Source: Tubulanus polymorphus (lineage: Eukaryota > Animalia > Nemertea). Taken from it: a stretch of DNA of 64,000 nt. Positions within the stretch are counted from its first letter, which is position 1, and the number at the start of each line of letters is the position of its first letter. Positions 53,501-63,329 of this stretch are shown here, in pieces. Location: positions 16,368,110 to 16,432,109 of the forward strand of contig NC_134030.1 in assembly GCF_964204645.1 (NCBI RefSeq), written 5' to 3'. The notes under the pieces were generated by a model. That model was not told the DNA's origin. It saw nothing but the letters and a program-made list of their open reading frames with translations, and did no database searches. Made by a program: the position numbers and the translations under genes.

Positions 53501-53948
53501 ATTTCATCCCCCAGCTTTTCATCCTCGGTAAATGCCCACCAAAAAGTTATGAGATATGTTGTCTTACCCAAGAACTGGTCATCCGTGAGGTCACTTAGGG
53601 ACGGAACCTTTTGAATTGCTTCAGCTACTGTTTCTGTTTTAGGTTCCATGTGGGTTAAATCTTTACTCAGAATTTCCAACAGACATGAATTCTAAAATTA
53701 ATGGAAATCATAAGGACAAGCGATTAGTCATAATACTGGTAGATAGGTATGAACTTTACGACTTATCTTCTTGCTTTTTGCTTAAGGTTACCAATTTTAT
53801 GAATAATGGAAAAAATAACAACACAGACCCTAAGTTAAAAACTCACCTTCCGGGAAATCAAACTTTCACATTTTATGACTGGTTCGGTGAATGCTAATCT
53901 CTTCTCTGGTGGTTTCAATGTTGAACATTCACGTTTTAAAGTCGGCAT
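23157..53948 (-). CDS. ETS1: Ets1/2 (pointed P2-like) transcription factor, 8 coding exons, 503 aa: join(53948-53847, 53691-53568, 35630-35505, 31900-31697, 31376-31218, 25907-25677, 25384-25163, 23500-23157)
   Basis: Manual splicing gives one open 1512-nt frame with GT-AG introns: [17 protein letters not shown] (ETS1 T38-type MAPK site), PNT domain, ETS domain [17 protein letters not shown]...[35 protein letters not shown]. Confidence 0.93.
24005..25008. mobile_element. Non-autonomous TTAA-flanked DNA transposon (Kolobok/piggyBac-like) in the last Ets intron
   Basis: TTAAAGATCAAGCGTAGCCC ... GGGCTACGCTTGATCTTAA terminal inverted repeats. Confidence 0.75.
24260..24469. mobile_element. CAGGGG-type MITE nested in the TTAA element
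   Basis: Perfect 16-bp TIR CAGGGGCAGATCTAGG. Confidence 0.8.
25163..25384 (-). CDS. ETS1: Ets1/2 coding exon 7 (222 nt)
   Basis: ttcttatag|GA...TCAG|gtaagt; ends SLSGYS(G), joining SGPIQ as in ETS1 AGYTGSGPIQ. Confidence 0.9.
25677..25907 (-). CDS. ETS1: Ets1/2 coding exon 6 (231 nt)
   Basis: tttttag|GT...TCTG|gtaaat; open frame, phase 1-1. Confidence 0.85.
27453..27609 (-). mobile_element. Short Penelope-like insertion with an inverted terminal segment
   Basis: 11-bp flanking duplication TTCTAGCCAGT; perfect 22-bp inverted repeat 27453-27474/27552-27573; minus-strand CGAAACGTCG...AATAAA. Confidence 0.55.
29491..30300 (-). mobile_element. HINE-like element, family C, with ~150-bp internal repeats
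   Basis: 5' hairpin and (GCC)n microsatellite at 30218-30300; repeated GTTCTGGCCCAAGTGATATCCTAC units; 3' hairpin then CTAGTT. Confidence 0.75.
31218..31376 (-). CDS. ETS1: Ets1/2 coding exon 5 (159 nt)
   Basis: gtgtttcag|AT...TACA|gtaagt; open frame, phase 1-1. Confidence 0.78.
31697..31900 (-). CDS. ETS1: Ets1/2 coding exon 4: PNT/SAM domain
   Basis: [23 protein letters not shown]...[11 protein letters not shown]; gaaacag|AT and GGGG|gtaagt. Confidence 0.95.
34424..35136. mobile_element. PIF/Harbinger-like MITE with internal TAGACCGGTCTA palindromes
   Basis: TIR GCTGCGTTCACACGAC / GTCGTGTGAACACGCC; TWA-like flanks. Confidence 0.75.
34761..34880 (-). mobile_element. ~120-bp 3'-end fragment of the LINE family at 3375-4708, nested in the MITE
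   Basis: Reverse complement aligns with 4543-4700 (CTGTTT..TTCCTCC.TATAC.ATGGAAATG.TTGGAG.GTAAT plus TATTCG tail). Confidence 0.8.
35505..35630 (-). CDS. ETS1: Ets1/2 coding exon 3: MAPK phosphosite and N-terminal PNT helices (absent from the ORF track)
   Basis: [42 protein letters not shown]; ttcctag|AA and AAAG|gtatgt. Confidence 0.95.
37527..37786. mobile_element. PIF/Harbinger-like MITE
   Basis: TIR GCCGCGATCACAC / GTGTGATTGCGGC. Confidence 0.75.
39837..40376. mobile_element. hAT-like MITE hosting a nested element
   Basis: CAGTGGCGTTGGAAG ... CTTCCAACGGGCC termini; repeated GCCGCAGCA. Confidence 0.55.
39926..40272. mobile_element. MITE with a 9-bp TSD (MULE/Merlin-like)
   Basis: 24-bp perfect IR GTCCTCCTTATTACCGAGATGACG; CCACATTTT at 39917-39925 and 40273-40281. 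Confidence 0.8.
42460..42772. mobile_element. PIF/Harbinger-like MITE
   Basis: TIR GCCGCGTTCACACTAG / CTAGTGTGAACGCAGC. Confidence 0.8.
49258..49635. mobile_element. MITE
   Basis: Imperfect TIR AAGCTAAG..TCGACTTACGAC / GTCGTAAGTCGA..CTTAGCTT. Confidence 0.65.
51462..51690 (+). mobile_element. Degraded tRNA-derived SINE
   Basis: A-box-like TGGCTTAGTG and B-box GGTTCGAATCC; no complete cloverleaf; 3' limit approximate. Confidence 0.4.
53058..53292. mobile_element. CAGGGG-type MITE
   Basis: CAGGGGCGCATCCA ... TGGATCCGCCACTG; flanks CTATAGA/CTAGAGA. Confidence 0.75.
53568..53691 (-). CDS. ETS1: Ets1/2 coding exon 2
   Basis: ...[27 protein letters not shown], the motif that precedes VPPLTPG in protostome Pointed-P2 proteins; aattttag|AAT and TTGG|gtaaga. 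Confidence 0.85.
53847..53948 (-). CDS. ETS1: Ets1/2 coding exon 1 (start codon; exon probably begins at 54033)
   Basis: [37 protein letters not shown]|gtgagt, phase 0 and in frame with exon 2; in-frame TGA three codons upstream of the ATG. Confidence 0.72.
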
Positions 53949-55646
53949 TTCACCTCAAACCAGCTCTCATAAAATCCTTGATACTTTCGGGTTGAATGAA
54001 CTTGACACCGGACTATGACTTCGATATTTCTTGCTAGTACAAAAAATATGATACTAGGGTATTTGGATAGTTCATTGAAATCAAATAAACACAAGTAATT
54101 TTGCTACTTCACAGCAGTCTAGCAAGGTTATTTCCATTCCTATCTATGCCATAGGCCTAGATCCCAAAAGGCTCAAGATTTATTCAATCAAGACCAGTCT
54201 AAAAGAAGATTCCTACTGCAAACATCAATACAAGGATCATACCTAGGTGGCCTTCATCTGTGTATAATTTGAATATGGTCAAATATTTAAAATTCAAGAG
54301 AATTCCGGATTAGGCCCTAGGCCTGATATATGGTACCCTTCCACACAAGCCAGACTAATGTTTGATTAAATAGTCAGTATAGGAGGTTATGGAGAAAATC
54401 ATTAGAAGGTTGTTACTTCTTAAAAACGTTATTTTTCTGACTTTCAAAACTAGGTCTAGGCAACTGTCTTTCAAATTCATAAATGGCAAATGGTACACCC
54501 ATCCTATTGAGAGGAATGAAATGGCTTTGAAAAAGCGGCTTAAATATGTTATGTGGTTTAGTCGTGCTGATCAATCCCAAGTAGAAGAGGGCAAATTTTT
54601 ATTAGAAGAGGCAGATAATTTCAAACAAAAAGGCACACTTATCAGTCATCCGTCAATTCTGAAAAAAAAAAGAAATGGCAACAGAGTCGTCTAAATAAAT
54701 CCGAAAAATAGTAAAAGGCATATTTGTAGGCCTACAGGATGAGGCAGCTAATTTTCAACAATTGATAATAATAATAGGAATCCAGGCATTTATAGGCCTA
54801 CACTACACAAATTTAAACCATTATCGTACAGCTTAGAATTAACCTAACTAAAATCATTTGCGTGTTGAACGAGTTGCGTTCTCGTTTATCATTTCAATTG
54901 AAACGCATTGTACAGGCCATTTGAATGCGTTTTAAAACCAATACAACGATGCACGGAACGTGTTTAATTACTTTCCAAAACACCATGTTTAAATGTCAAC
55001 GTTAATTCAATTCTAAGCTGTAGGCTAGAGTAGTAAAAGTGTTCTTTAAAACAAAAATTTTCAAGATGAGATTTAATATCGTCAATGTCATTACAGTTCC
55101 AAGGCTTATGAGGTTGGCCTAGATTATCCCATAAAATTGGTGCTACGAAAAGGCACACGATGCTCTTCAGTATTTCATTATTAGTGCATGCAAACTGCAT
55201 CTCCATGCAGTAGATTTTCTAGAGAACACTTTGCATCAGGACTTCATTTATTGCACCAAGCAGCTGCCCAGTACCCCACCCATTTGTTGTAGATAAACCT
55301 ATGTTTTTTTCCATAAGTTACGCTACCTAGAATACTGACTATTTCCAGGAAATTTTGACTCAATTTCTTGTCACTTAACACCCCCGGGCCCCGAGTAATT
55401 TTAGTACATCATCACCGGTATTTCTTTATGGTTGTAGGTTGCGGGAGGAACTTTCATTTGAACTATTATAGGCCTATAATATTTGTTGACGGTGATGGTT
55501 TGCGCTGTAGCCTATTTTGTCACACCAAATAATGCTTCGTAAGACGACAAATTGAATGAGCCCTATTACTACTAGCCTGCATAGGCCTAAATTTGTAAGC
55601 CCAGAAATCATAGCCTAATTCCATGCTTTCGAAACGTTTATCCTAC

Positions 55647-56250
55647 CCATCCCAACAGAGCGAGATTTGCCGCTGACCACCAGACCTCTCCCAAATCATC
55701 ATCCGATTCAGGGCAGCCAGCAGTTCAGTGCGCCATTCAGGGAAAAATACTGTCGTCAACCAGCAGACGGACACACACATATGTATAACTTCGACCCAGC
55801 AAAAATAACTTACCCGGCCCGTTTTCTCCACGACCACACACAATTCTACAAGTCAATCCGCAAGCGAAGGAATATTTCGAACAAGATTACGGACACTTTT
55901 TAAAGCTCGTTCACGTGTGTATCCAACAAGTGATCTATTAATACATTACACCACACTGACTCGACTGACTCGTCAACAAGTGTTTCTTCCCACGCGTGTG
56001 GCCTAATAATAGTAGTTTTACTTCGTGGAACAACTTTGGGGGCGTGGCTTCGAAGTTTCCAAGAACTATTTCACAGCCAGATGGCGCCACGTTATGGGGG
56101 GTCGCGCAAAAAGTATGTGAAGCATGATGAGATGCTGGAACGATGACACCAGTTACAGGACCACGCACGCCACGTCGCCGAAACTCTAGATTCGACCGGG
56201 TTTGACGCGATTCTTGAAAATATTGAGAGGAACACAACGTTAAAAACACA
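55647..56250 (-). promoter_or_regulatory. Candidate Ets1/2 promoter and non-coding first exon
   Basis: Locally GC/CpG-richer non-repeat island; donor-like TGG|gtagga at 55647; GC box GGGGGCGTGGC (~56038), CTCF/YY1-like CAGCCAGATGGCGCC (56074-56088), E-box CACGTG (55912). Confidence 0.5.
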
Positions 56251-56499
56251 CATCGACAAGATATTGTTGGCTGTTGGTTGTTAGTATATAAGACTTAAAT
56301 AAAATGGGACAGAGAAATGCTTAACTTCTCATCAAGTTACAAGTTAACATGTAACATTATAGGTTGTACTTCATTTTTGGAAAGCCAAAAGTATATTTCC
56401 GCGTTGTTATTTCATATAATCTACTTTGCGAAATTTTCAAAGAATGCAAATATCCTAATGCAGTAACAGTCTGAAACCCGCCCTGTATAAGTCAATGAA

Positions 56500-56792
56500 A
56501 TATGTGTAACGCTATGTAACACCCTGTATTGTAACAGGCTGTAACGCCCTGTAACGCGTGTAAAGTGAAATATGTGTTAAACCCTGTAACACTATGTAAT
56601 ACCCTGTAACAAGGGTGTAACAGGCTGTAACACCCTGTAACGTTATGTGAAACCCCTGTAACTCAAAGTGAAATATGTGTTACGCTATGTAACACCCTGT
56701 AACAAGGGTGCAACAGGCTGTAACACCCTGTAACGCTTTTCACTTTTAGTAACAGGGGTTTCACATAGTGTTACAGGGCGTTACAGCCTGTT
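56500..56792. repeat. Low-complexity TGTAAC(A/G)CCC minisatellite with an inverted terminal copy
   Basis: About 20 TGTAAC-type units; reverse copies at 56752-56792. Confidence 0.8.
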
Positions 56793-57364
56793 ATACTCAG
56801 CGTTTGCAGATCAGTTGCAGGCGTTTTGCGCACAGTGGCGTACCTCTCACACACAGACTAGGTTATATTTTATTACAGGAGCTACACGGGCTGTTAGCCT
56901 ATCTTATATCATGTTACAAGTTACATGTAATGCAACTAAAAGCTAAGCATTTTGTGGTCCCTTTCTAAGCCACTCATGTCTGCGACGTAAATGCAGGCCT
57001 ATGTTCGGCGAGTTATAGGGTCATCGGTGGAAAGATTTTTATCGCAGTAATCGTACATGTCAGAAGCATCGCGGATGACAGCACACGCAGCAATTGCCCG
57101 ATCAACTAGTCTATTGGTCACACCAATCTCTCCATCCCCTCCCCCTTTCCATGTTCAGATCCGTAGTAGTGCCGTTCCAGCGTGTAATCACTAAGACTAA
57201 GATCAGCAAACGTGCCTTTGCCCTTAAATTGTGCACTACACCCATCTGAGAAAATAATCATTTTCTCTAATTCAATATTTCAACTAGTAGTTATATGACT
57301 TATCGCCAGATTAGTGTAGTACTCAACAGCATAAAAGTCATGAAGGGAATCGGCCAATAACCGT

Positions 57365-58424
57365 CCCTGTCAGAATCAAGATGGCCGACTAGCAGCCATT
57401 GTTGTTCGCCAAAATCAGCACTTTTTACACATTTTTGAAGTTTTTGATGGAAATTTTGAAGAGGCTTTGATCAATTACCTCAATCTTTCGTTTATATTTA
57501 AATCTACCAAGGGCCCATCAGCATAATAAAAATTGTCGTCCTATGACCTTTTTAGTGGCCAAAAATGTCAATTTTGGCCAGAATTCTAGGTCCTGTAGCT
57601 TCCTACTGGTTGCCATTTCTCAATGCAATTTGTGATGGGTATTCTTTGGAAATCAATGTTTTATACCTGAGACGGGTATTTTTGATCAGCCAATTATGAC
57701 GCACTTGGTGGCCATCTTGTGGTGTCTTCTGTACTCATTCATGGGTGGGAAAAAGTTCTTCCACATTAAATTGATACCTTAGCATATTGTGCTACTATAA
57801 TCAATTGGAAAGTTGTAGCCCATAATGTGTTCTATGATTTTGGTGAGTTTCAATGTCATTGGTTTTTGAATATGGCCACCAGGGGGCGTTGAATAACTCA
57901 ATAACTTAGTATTTCTATGTTATATTGGTTCCTATGCATATTTTGTTACCACAATCAATTGCAAAGTTGTAGCTCATGACATCTTCCATGATTTTGGTGA
58001 GTTTTAAGGACATTAGTTATTCCATATGGTCACCAGGGGGCGTTGAATAGTAGAATAACTTTGTATTTCCTTATTAGATTGGTACCTGGGCAAATTTTGT
58101 TACCATGATCCATTGCAAAGTTGTATTTCATGACATGTACTATGATTGTGGTGAGTTTTAAGGTAATTGGGTTTTGCATATGGTCATCAAGGGGCGTTGA
58201 ATAGTAGAATAACTTAGTATTACCATATGAAATTGGTAACAAGGCATATTTTGTCATCACAATTACAAAATCAGAGCTGCTGACATTTTCTATGATTGTG
58301 GTGGGTTTCAAGGTAATTGATTTTGTATATGGTCACTAGGGGGCGTTATGTATTGAAATTGTTAGATTGTTGAGCATTTGAAACCATTTCCCAAGTGGGC
58401 ATGGTGTCCCTGGACCCATAGTTT
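57365..58424 (+). mobile_element. Family B HINE, 5'-truncated, ~4 internal 154-bp repeats
   Basis: Reverse-complement homolog of 15002-16480; ends CCCAAGTGGGCATGGTGTCCCTGGACCCATAGTT. Confidence 0.88.
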
Positions 58425-58592
58425 GTCTATTGATGCTCGAACACGAAGCCATTGCAAGCGCTAAAAAGAAGATTTAAGCTAAAAGCAAAATCGGAAAATC
58501 GCAAAGCTTAGATAGGTGTACATAATTGACAGTAAAGAGATATTAGAATTTGCAATTTCATGTCAAACACTGGCGTTAGAAATATTTCTAAC

Positions 58593-59057
58593 TGGCTGTC
58601 CCAAAATAATTGTCCATTTGCTATAACCAACCGACCCGACTTTTTCCGAACCGACTTCTAAAAAGTACCGACTGAAAACCTTTTTCTAGGGAATCGTAGA
58701 AATAAATGATTTTTTTTTTTTTCACAAAAAAACGGCCCACATCCTGCTGCAATGTATGAAGCGTCACTCGTACTGCTTCCTTAGGCTTATTAAATGATAA
58801 CTCACTATCGTGCGTGGCCTAGTTAGTTTTTTCCAGGAAATTGGCTATCTTCCAACGAACTGTCATTCAACCATTCAGCCACTGCCAGTAAACAGCTGGT
58901 AGCGTGCACGCCCTCACATGATGATCTCGTGATTAAGTTAAACTGTAAAACCATTCCTGATTCGTAATATCATTTTTTCCGTAGAAACACAAAAATAATT
59001 TGTTTTGTAAAAACTTGGGTCGGTGTTAGGGCAGAGACATTTATTTTGGGATGACTC
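58593..59057. mobile_element. Degenerate MITE
   Basis: GTCCCAAAATAA...CCGACCC / GGGTCGG...TTATTTTGGGATG inverted ends. Confidence 0.5.
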
Positions 59058-59609
59058 ATTAATTTTCAAATTTCCCGTCAGTTGATGTAAAGAATACAGA
59101 ATTAAATAAACATTTGATGAATTGAATAAACATGAGATTCTATTGATATTTCAGAAAAGAATATTTCATTGGGGATTTCCTAGAAATCTACATACTGAAT
59201 AAATAATCAGGCCTTTATTATTAGAGAATCACAATTCATACATCCTTTAAATTCTATGTACGTTCGCACTTATGTCTGTCATTTTAAATACGTTCGCGCA
59301 AATTATCTGTCAAATTATGAATACGTTCGCGTTTTTAGCCCACTTGGGACTTAAGTCCCAGCGGGCTATTGCGTTCACTTTTCGTCCGTCGTCCGTTCCT
59401 CCGTACGTCCGTAGACGGAATCCAGTTATTTTAGGAAGTTTTGAAGATGCTTCAAGGTAATGTCTTGATATTTGGTTTACACATGTATCTACCCTAGACA
59501 CATCTTCAGACCAAAAACTGGCCCTGTCAGAATCAAGATGGCCGACTGGCAGCCATTGTTGTTCGTCAAAATCAGCACTTTTTACACTTTTTGAGGGGAT
59601 ATGCCATCT

Positions 59610-60320
59610 GTCCTATTCCAAACCTAAAGTGCCCCTATACTCTCAGATATTAGGCAAAATAATGACGTACCACTTTTTAACAGGTAGTGCTAGTAAATCA
59701 TGTGACCAGGACCCTTGGCCTACCTGGCTTCTCTCAAGGGGTGTCTAGATGGCATGTTAATTTTAACCATTTTACCCATTTACCCATTTTAATGGCCATC
59801 GTCAATCAGTCGCTCTGTGAAGTATATTCCCGCAGGACTTCAAAGTTGCACGTATAAGGCCACTTCTCAAGAAAGCTGGTCTAGACGAATCTAGACGATT
59901 TTAAGAAACCATAGACCTGCTTCTAACCTCAGTTTTATCTCTAAGATCCTTGAGGAAGTAGTTGACAGGAGACTCATGTCACATCTCAGCGAGTTTGGAT
60001 TACAGAGTTTTTTCAAAGTGTTTACTCTAAATTTCACTCTACCGAAACGACATTAACTAAAGTTCAATCTGACATATCATAGCCCTGGACTGTGGTAATG
60101 TTGGTGTCTTAGTACTCTTGGATCTATCATCAGCCTTCGATACAATCGACCATGACATTCTGTTACACTGCCTATCAAATACTTTCCACATCAGAGGCAC
60201 TGCCCTGAGCTGGTTTCAGTCATACCTCTCTGATAGATTTCAATCCGTTGTTATCGATGATGTTAAGTCAGATCCACACGGGCTAGAATATGGCGTGCCT
60301 TAAGGTTCCGTTTTTGGTAC
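59610..60320 (+). pseudogene. Decayed L2/CR1-group RT fragment
   Basis: [48 protein letters not shown] with stops and frameshifts. Confidence 0.85.
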
Positions 60321-60705
60321 CTATAGATATTATGTAACCACATTCAATTGTTGTAAGTTATGACATGTTGTCTGATTGTGTTTGACTCTCAAGGTTATTG
60401 GCTTTTCTATATGGTCATCAGGGGGCATGGAATGGCTGAGTAACTTAGTATTTTCATATCATATTGGTACCTAGGCATATTTTGTAACGACAATGGATTG
60501 CAAAATTGTAGCTTGTGCCATGTTCTATGATCATTGTGAGTTTCAAGGTTACTAGTTTTTGAATATGGTCCCCAGGGGGCGTTGAATAGCTGAATAACTA
60601 AATATTTTCAATTATATAGGTACCTAGGCATATTTTGTAACCATAGTGAATTGCAGACTTAAGCTAGTGACATGTTCGAGTGTGGTGAGGTTTAAGGTCA
60701 TTGAT

Positions 60706-61887
60706 TTTTAGCCCACTTGGGACTTTAGTCCCAGCAGGCTATTGCGTTCACTTTTCGTCCGTCTGTCCGTTCGCGTCCGTCCGTCCGTCCGTAGACGGAA
60801 TCCAGTTATTTTGGGAAGTTTTGAAGACGCTTTAATGTAATGTCTTGATATTTGGGTTATCCATGTATCTACCCTAGAAACATCTTCAGCCCAAACACTG
60901 GCCCTGTCAGAATCAAGATGGCCGACTGGCAGCCATTGTTGATCACCAAAATCAGCACTTTTTACGCGTTTTTGACCTTTTTGAGGGAAATTTTGAACAC
61001 GCTTTAATCAATTACCTTGATCTTTCATATATACTTGAATCCCCCAGGGCCTATCAGCATAACAAAAATTGGGTCGATCGGACTCAAGATGGCCGTCCTA
61101 TGACCTTTTAAGCGCCCAAAGATGTCAATTTTGGCCCGAATTCTGAGTCCTGTAGCTTCCTACTGGACTGCCATTTCTCATTGCAATTGCTGATGGGTAT
61201 TCTTTGGAAAGGGATGTTTTATACCTGGGATAGGTATTTTTGATCAGCCATATATGACGCAAATGGCGGCCATCTTGGTGTCATCAGTACTCATTCGTAG
61301 TTTTTCGACATTATATTGATATCTAAGCATATTTTGATACAACAATGAATTGGAAAGTTGTAGCTTATAACGTGTTCTATGATTGTGGTGAGTTTCGAGG
61401 TCATTGGTTTTTGTATATTGCCACCAGGGGGCGTTGAATAATACAACATCTTAGTATTTCTATATTATATTTGTACCAATGCATATTTTGTTAGCACAAT
61501 CAATTGCAAAGTTGTAGATCATGACATCGTCTATGATTGTGGTGAGTTTCAAGGACATTAGTTATTCTATATGGCCACTAGGGGGCGTTGAATAATAGAA
61601 TAACTTAGTATTTCCTTATTATATTGGTACCTAGGCATATTTTGTTACCATGACCAATTGCAAAGTTGTAGCTCATGACATGTTCAATGATTGTGGTGAG
61701 TTTCAAGGACATTGGGTTTTGAATATGGTCACCAGGGGGCGTTGAATAGTAGAATAACTTAGTATTTCCATATTAAATTGGTAACAAGGCATATTTTGCC
61801 AGGGGGTGTTGAATATTGAAATTGTTAGATTGTTGAGTATTTGAAACCACTTCCTAAGTGGGCATGGTGTCCCTGGACCCCTTGTTT
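60706..61887 (+). mobile_element. Family B HINE (inner, full-length copy)
   Basis: TTTTTAGCCCACTTGGGACTTTAGTCCC, (GTCC)n, 154-bp units, CCTAAGTGGGCATGGTGTCCCTGGACCCCTTGTT. Confidence 0.88.
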
Positions 61888-62177
61888 AATATTATCACGA
61901 GGGGCCTTGAATACTGAAATTTTCTGTTGGTTGACCATTTCAAACGATTTTCAGATGGGCATGGTCTCCCTGGACCCTCAGTTGCTTTTGTAATCGAGGT
62001 GGAAGCGGGGCTTCTTGGAATGATACATCATTCCAAGAAGCCCTGCTTCCACCTCGTGGTTCTTTACTGGGCTCACAATAGATAAAGATCTTCAAGCCGC
62101 TGATAAAACCCTGATTGGTGCATATTGGATTGAGAAGTTTGAAAATTAATTTTTTTTGTAGATTTATATTGAGGGTG

Positions 62178-62379
62178 ATGAAAATGGCATTTCCAGCATC
62201 ATTGATTAAGTCACTGGGATGGGATGATAATTTGACAGAAGTGGATACACTGTTACATGAATCGGCTCATGCTGGAGATTTAGAGGAAATCAAAGATATA
62301 ATGAAATATGATGAAAACCGAAGACTAATCAACCAAAAAAATCGTCTTGGATGCTCTCCGCTGAGAATAGCTGCTGCAG
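62178..62379 (+). CDS. First coding exon of an ankyrin-repeat protein (remaining exons not found in the window)
   Basis: Acceptor tttttttgtag at 62161; ATG at 62178/62184; TLLHESAHAGDLEEIK...INQKNRLGCSPLRIAAA ankyrin pattern; donor CAG|gtattg. Confidence 0.8.
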
Positions 62380-62797
62380 GTATTGATATTTTGGTTTATA
62401 GGCCTAGGAACCTTTCAAATTGTGTGTATGTATGTAATCTCCGGGGGAAGAGGGTTAAAAATTGGCAACTATTACCTATGAAAATTGTGAAATCCTAGAA
62501 ACTGATTTTACTTTGAACAGTCTCATACATAGCACCCTAACTTCCAGAAAATATAATGGTCAATTCCAGCGTGACTTATGAGACATTTGGTAAAATCTCT
62601 ATCTGTTCAGTGCTTAATTCACACTTAATGCTATACATTTACTTTGTATCACTAATGCTAAAGTCTAAAAGACAGATAAGGCAAAAAATCAATTCAAAGT
62701 TTTCTTAGCAGTCTAGCTTCACTCTGGTACAATAGATACTTAAAGTACAGCGTGACTGATGGGACCAACCCTGACCACCATTTTTGTGCCACTTTTG

Positions 62798-62845
62798 TTA
62801 GCCCACTTGGGACTTTAGTCCCAGCAGGCTATTGCGTTCACTTTA
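62798..62845 (+). repeat. 5' stub of a family B HINE
   Basis: TTAGCCCACTTGGGACTTTAGTCCCAGCAGGCTATTGCGTTCACTTT, identical to 60708-60754. Confidence 0.85.
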
Positions 62846-63329
62846 CTTGTGAGTTGTAAGGTACTATTTAAATAATACTTATGGGGTTTCATACCAACTA
62901 GAGGGGTGCAACTCAAAGGTCGGTATGTTGAAAGGCGTCCTTATGGTATTTGTGAGTTGCGGGCGAATTTTCGCTCGCAGAACTTTTATGGATCATTTTT
63001 TGATCCGTTCTCTGACGGTTGTACATGGACACGGACAAATGATGGACATGAAGAGGTATGCACTAGCGCCCTCTGTTTTTTGTTGTCAGCCAATCGTTCA
63101 CATCTATGAAACCCGGCCCTGACGCATCTGTGGTGTCGAACAAGGAAACAGTAATGACAGTGGCTTCGATTGAAATGGAGGAACCAGACGCTCCAAACGC
63201 TAGGTTTGTTACGCTCTTCAGTATCAATATTTTGTGCCAGCTCTAATTCTGCAAATAAACCACTTCACTTGAATAACATATTTTCTGGCGATTTAGTCAA
63301 TCTGAGGCTGGCACTTCTAAAAAGAGCTA

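Larger units (their letters stand above)
59332..61984 (+). mobile_element. Family B HINE (outer copy), interrupted by a LINE fragment and by a second family B copy
   Basis: 5' end TTTTTAGCCCACTTGGG at 59332; repeat units at 60320-60705; orphan 3' end GGGCATGGTCTCCCTGGACCC at 61957-61984. Confidence 0.7.
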
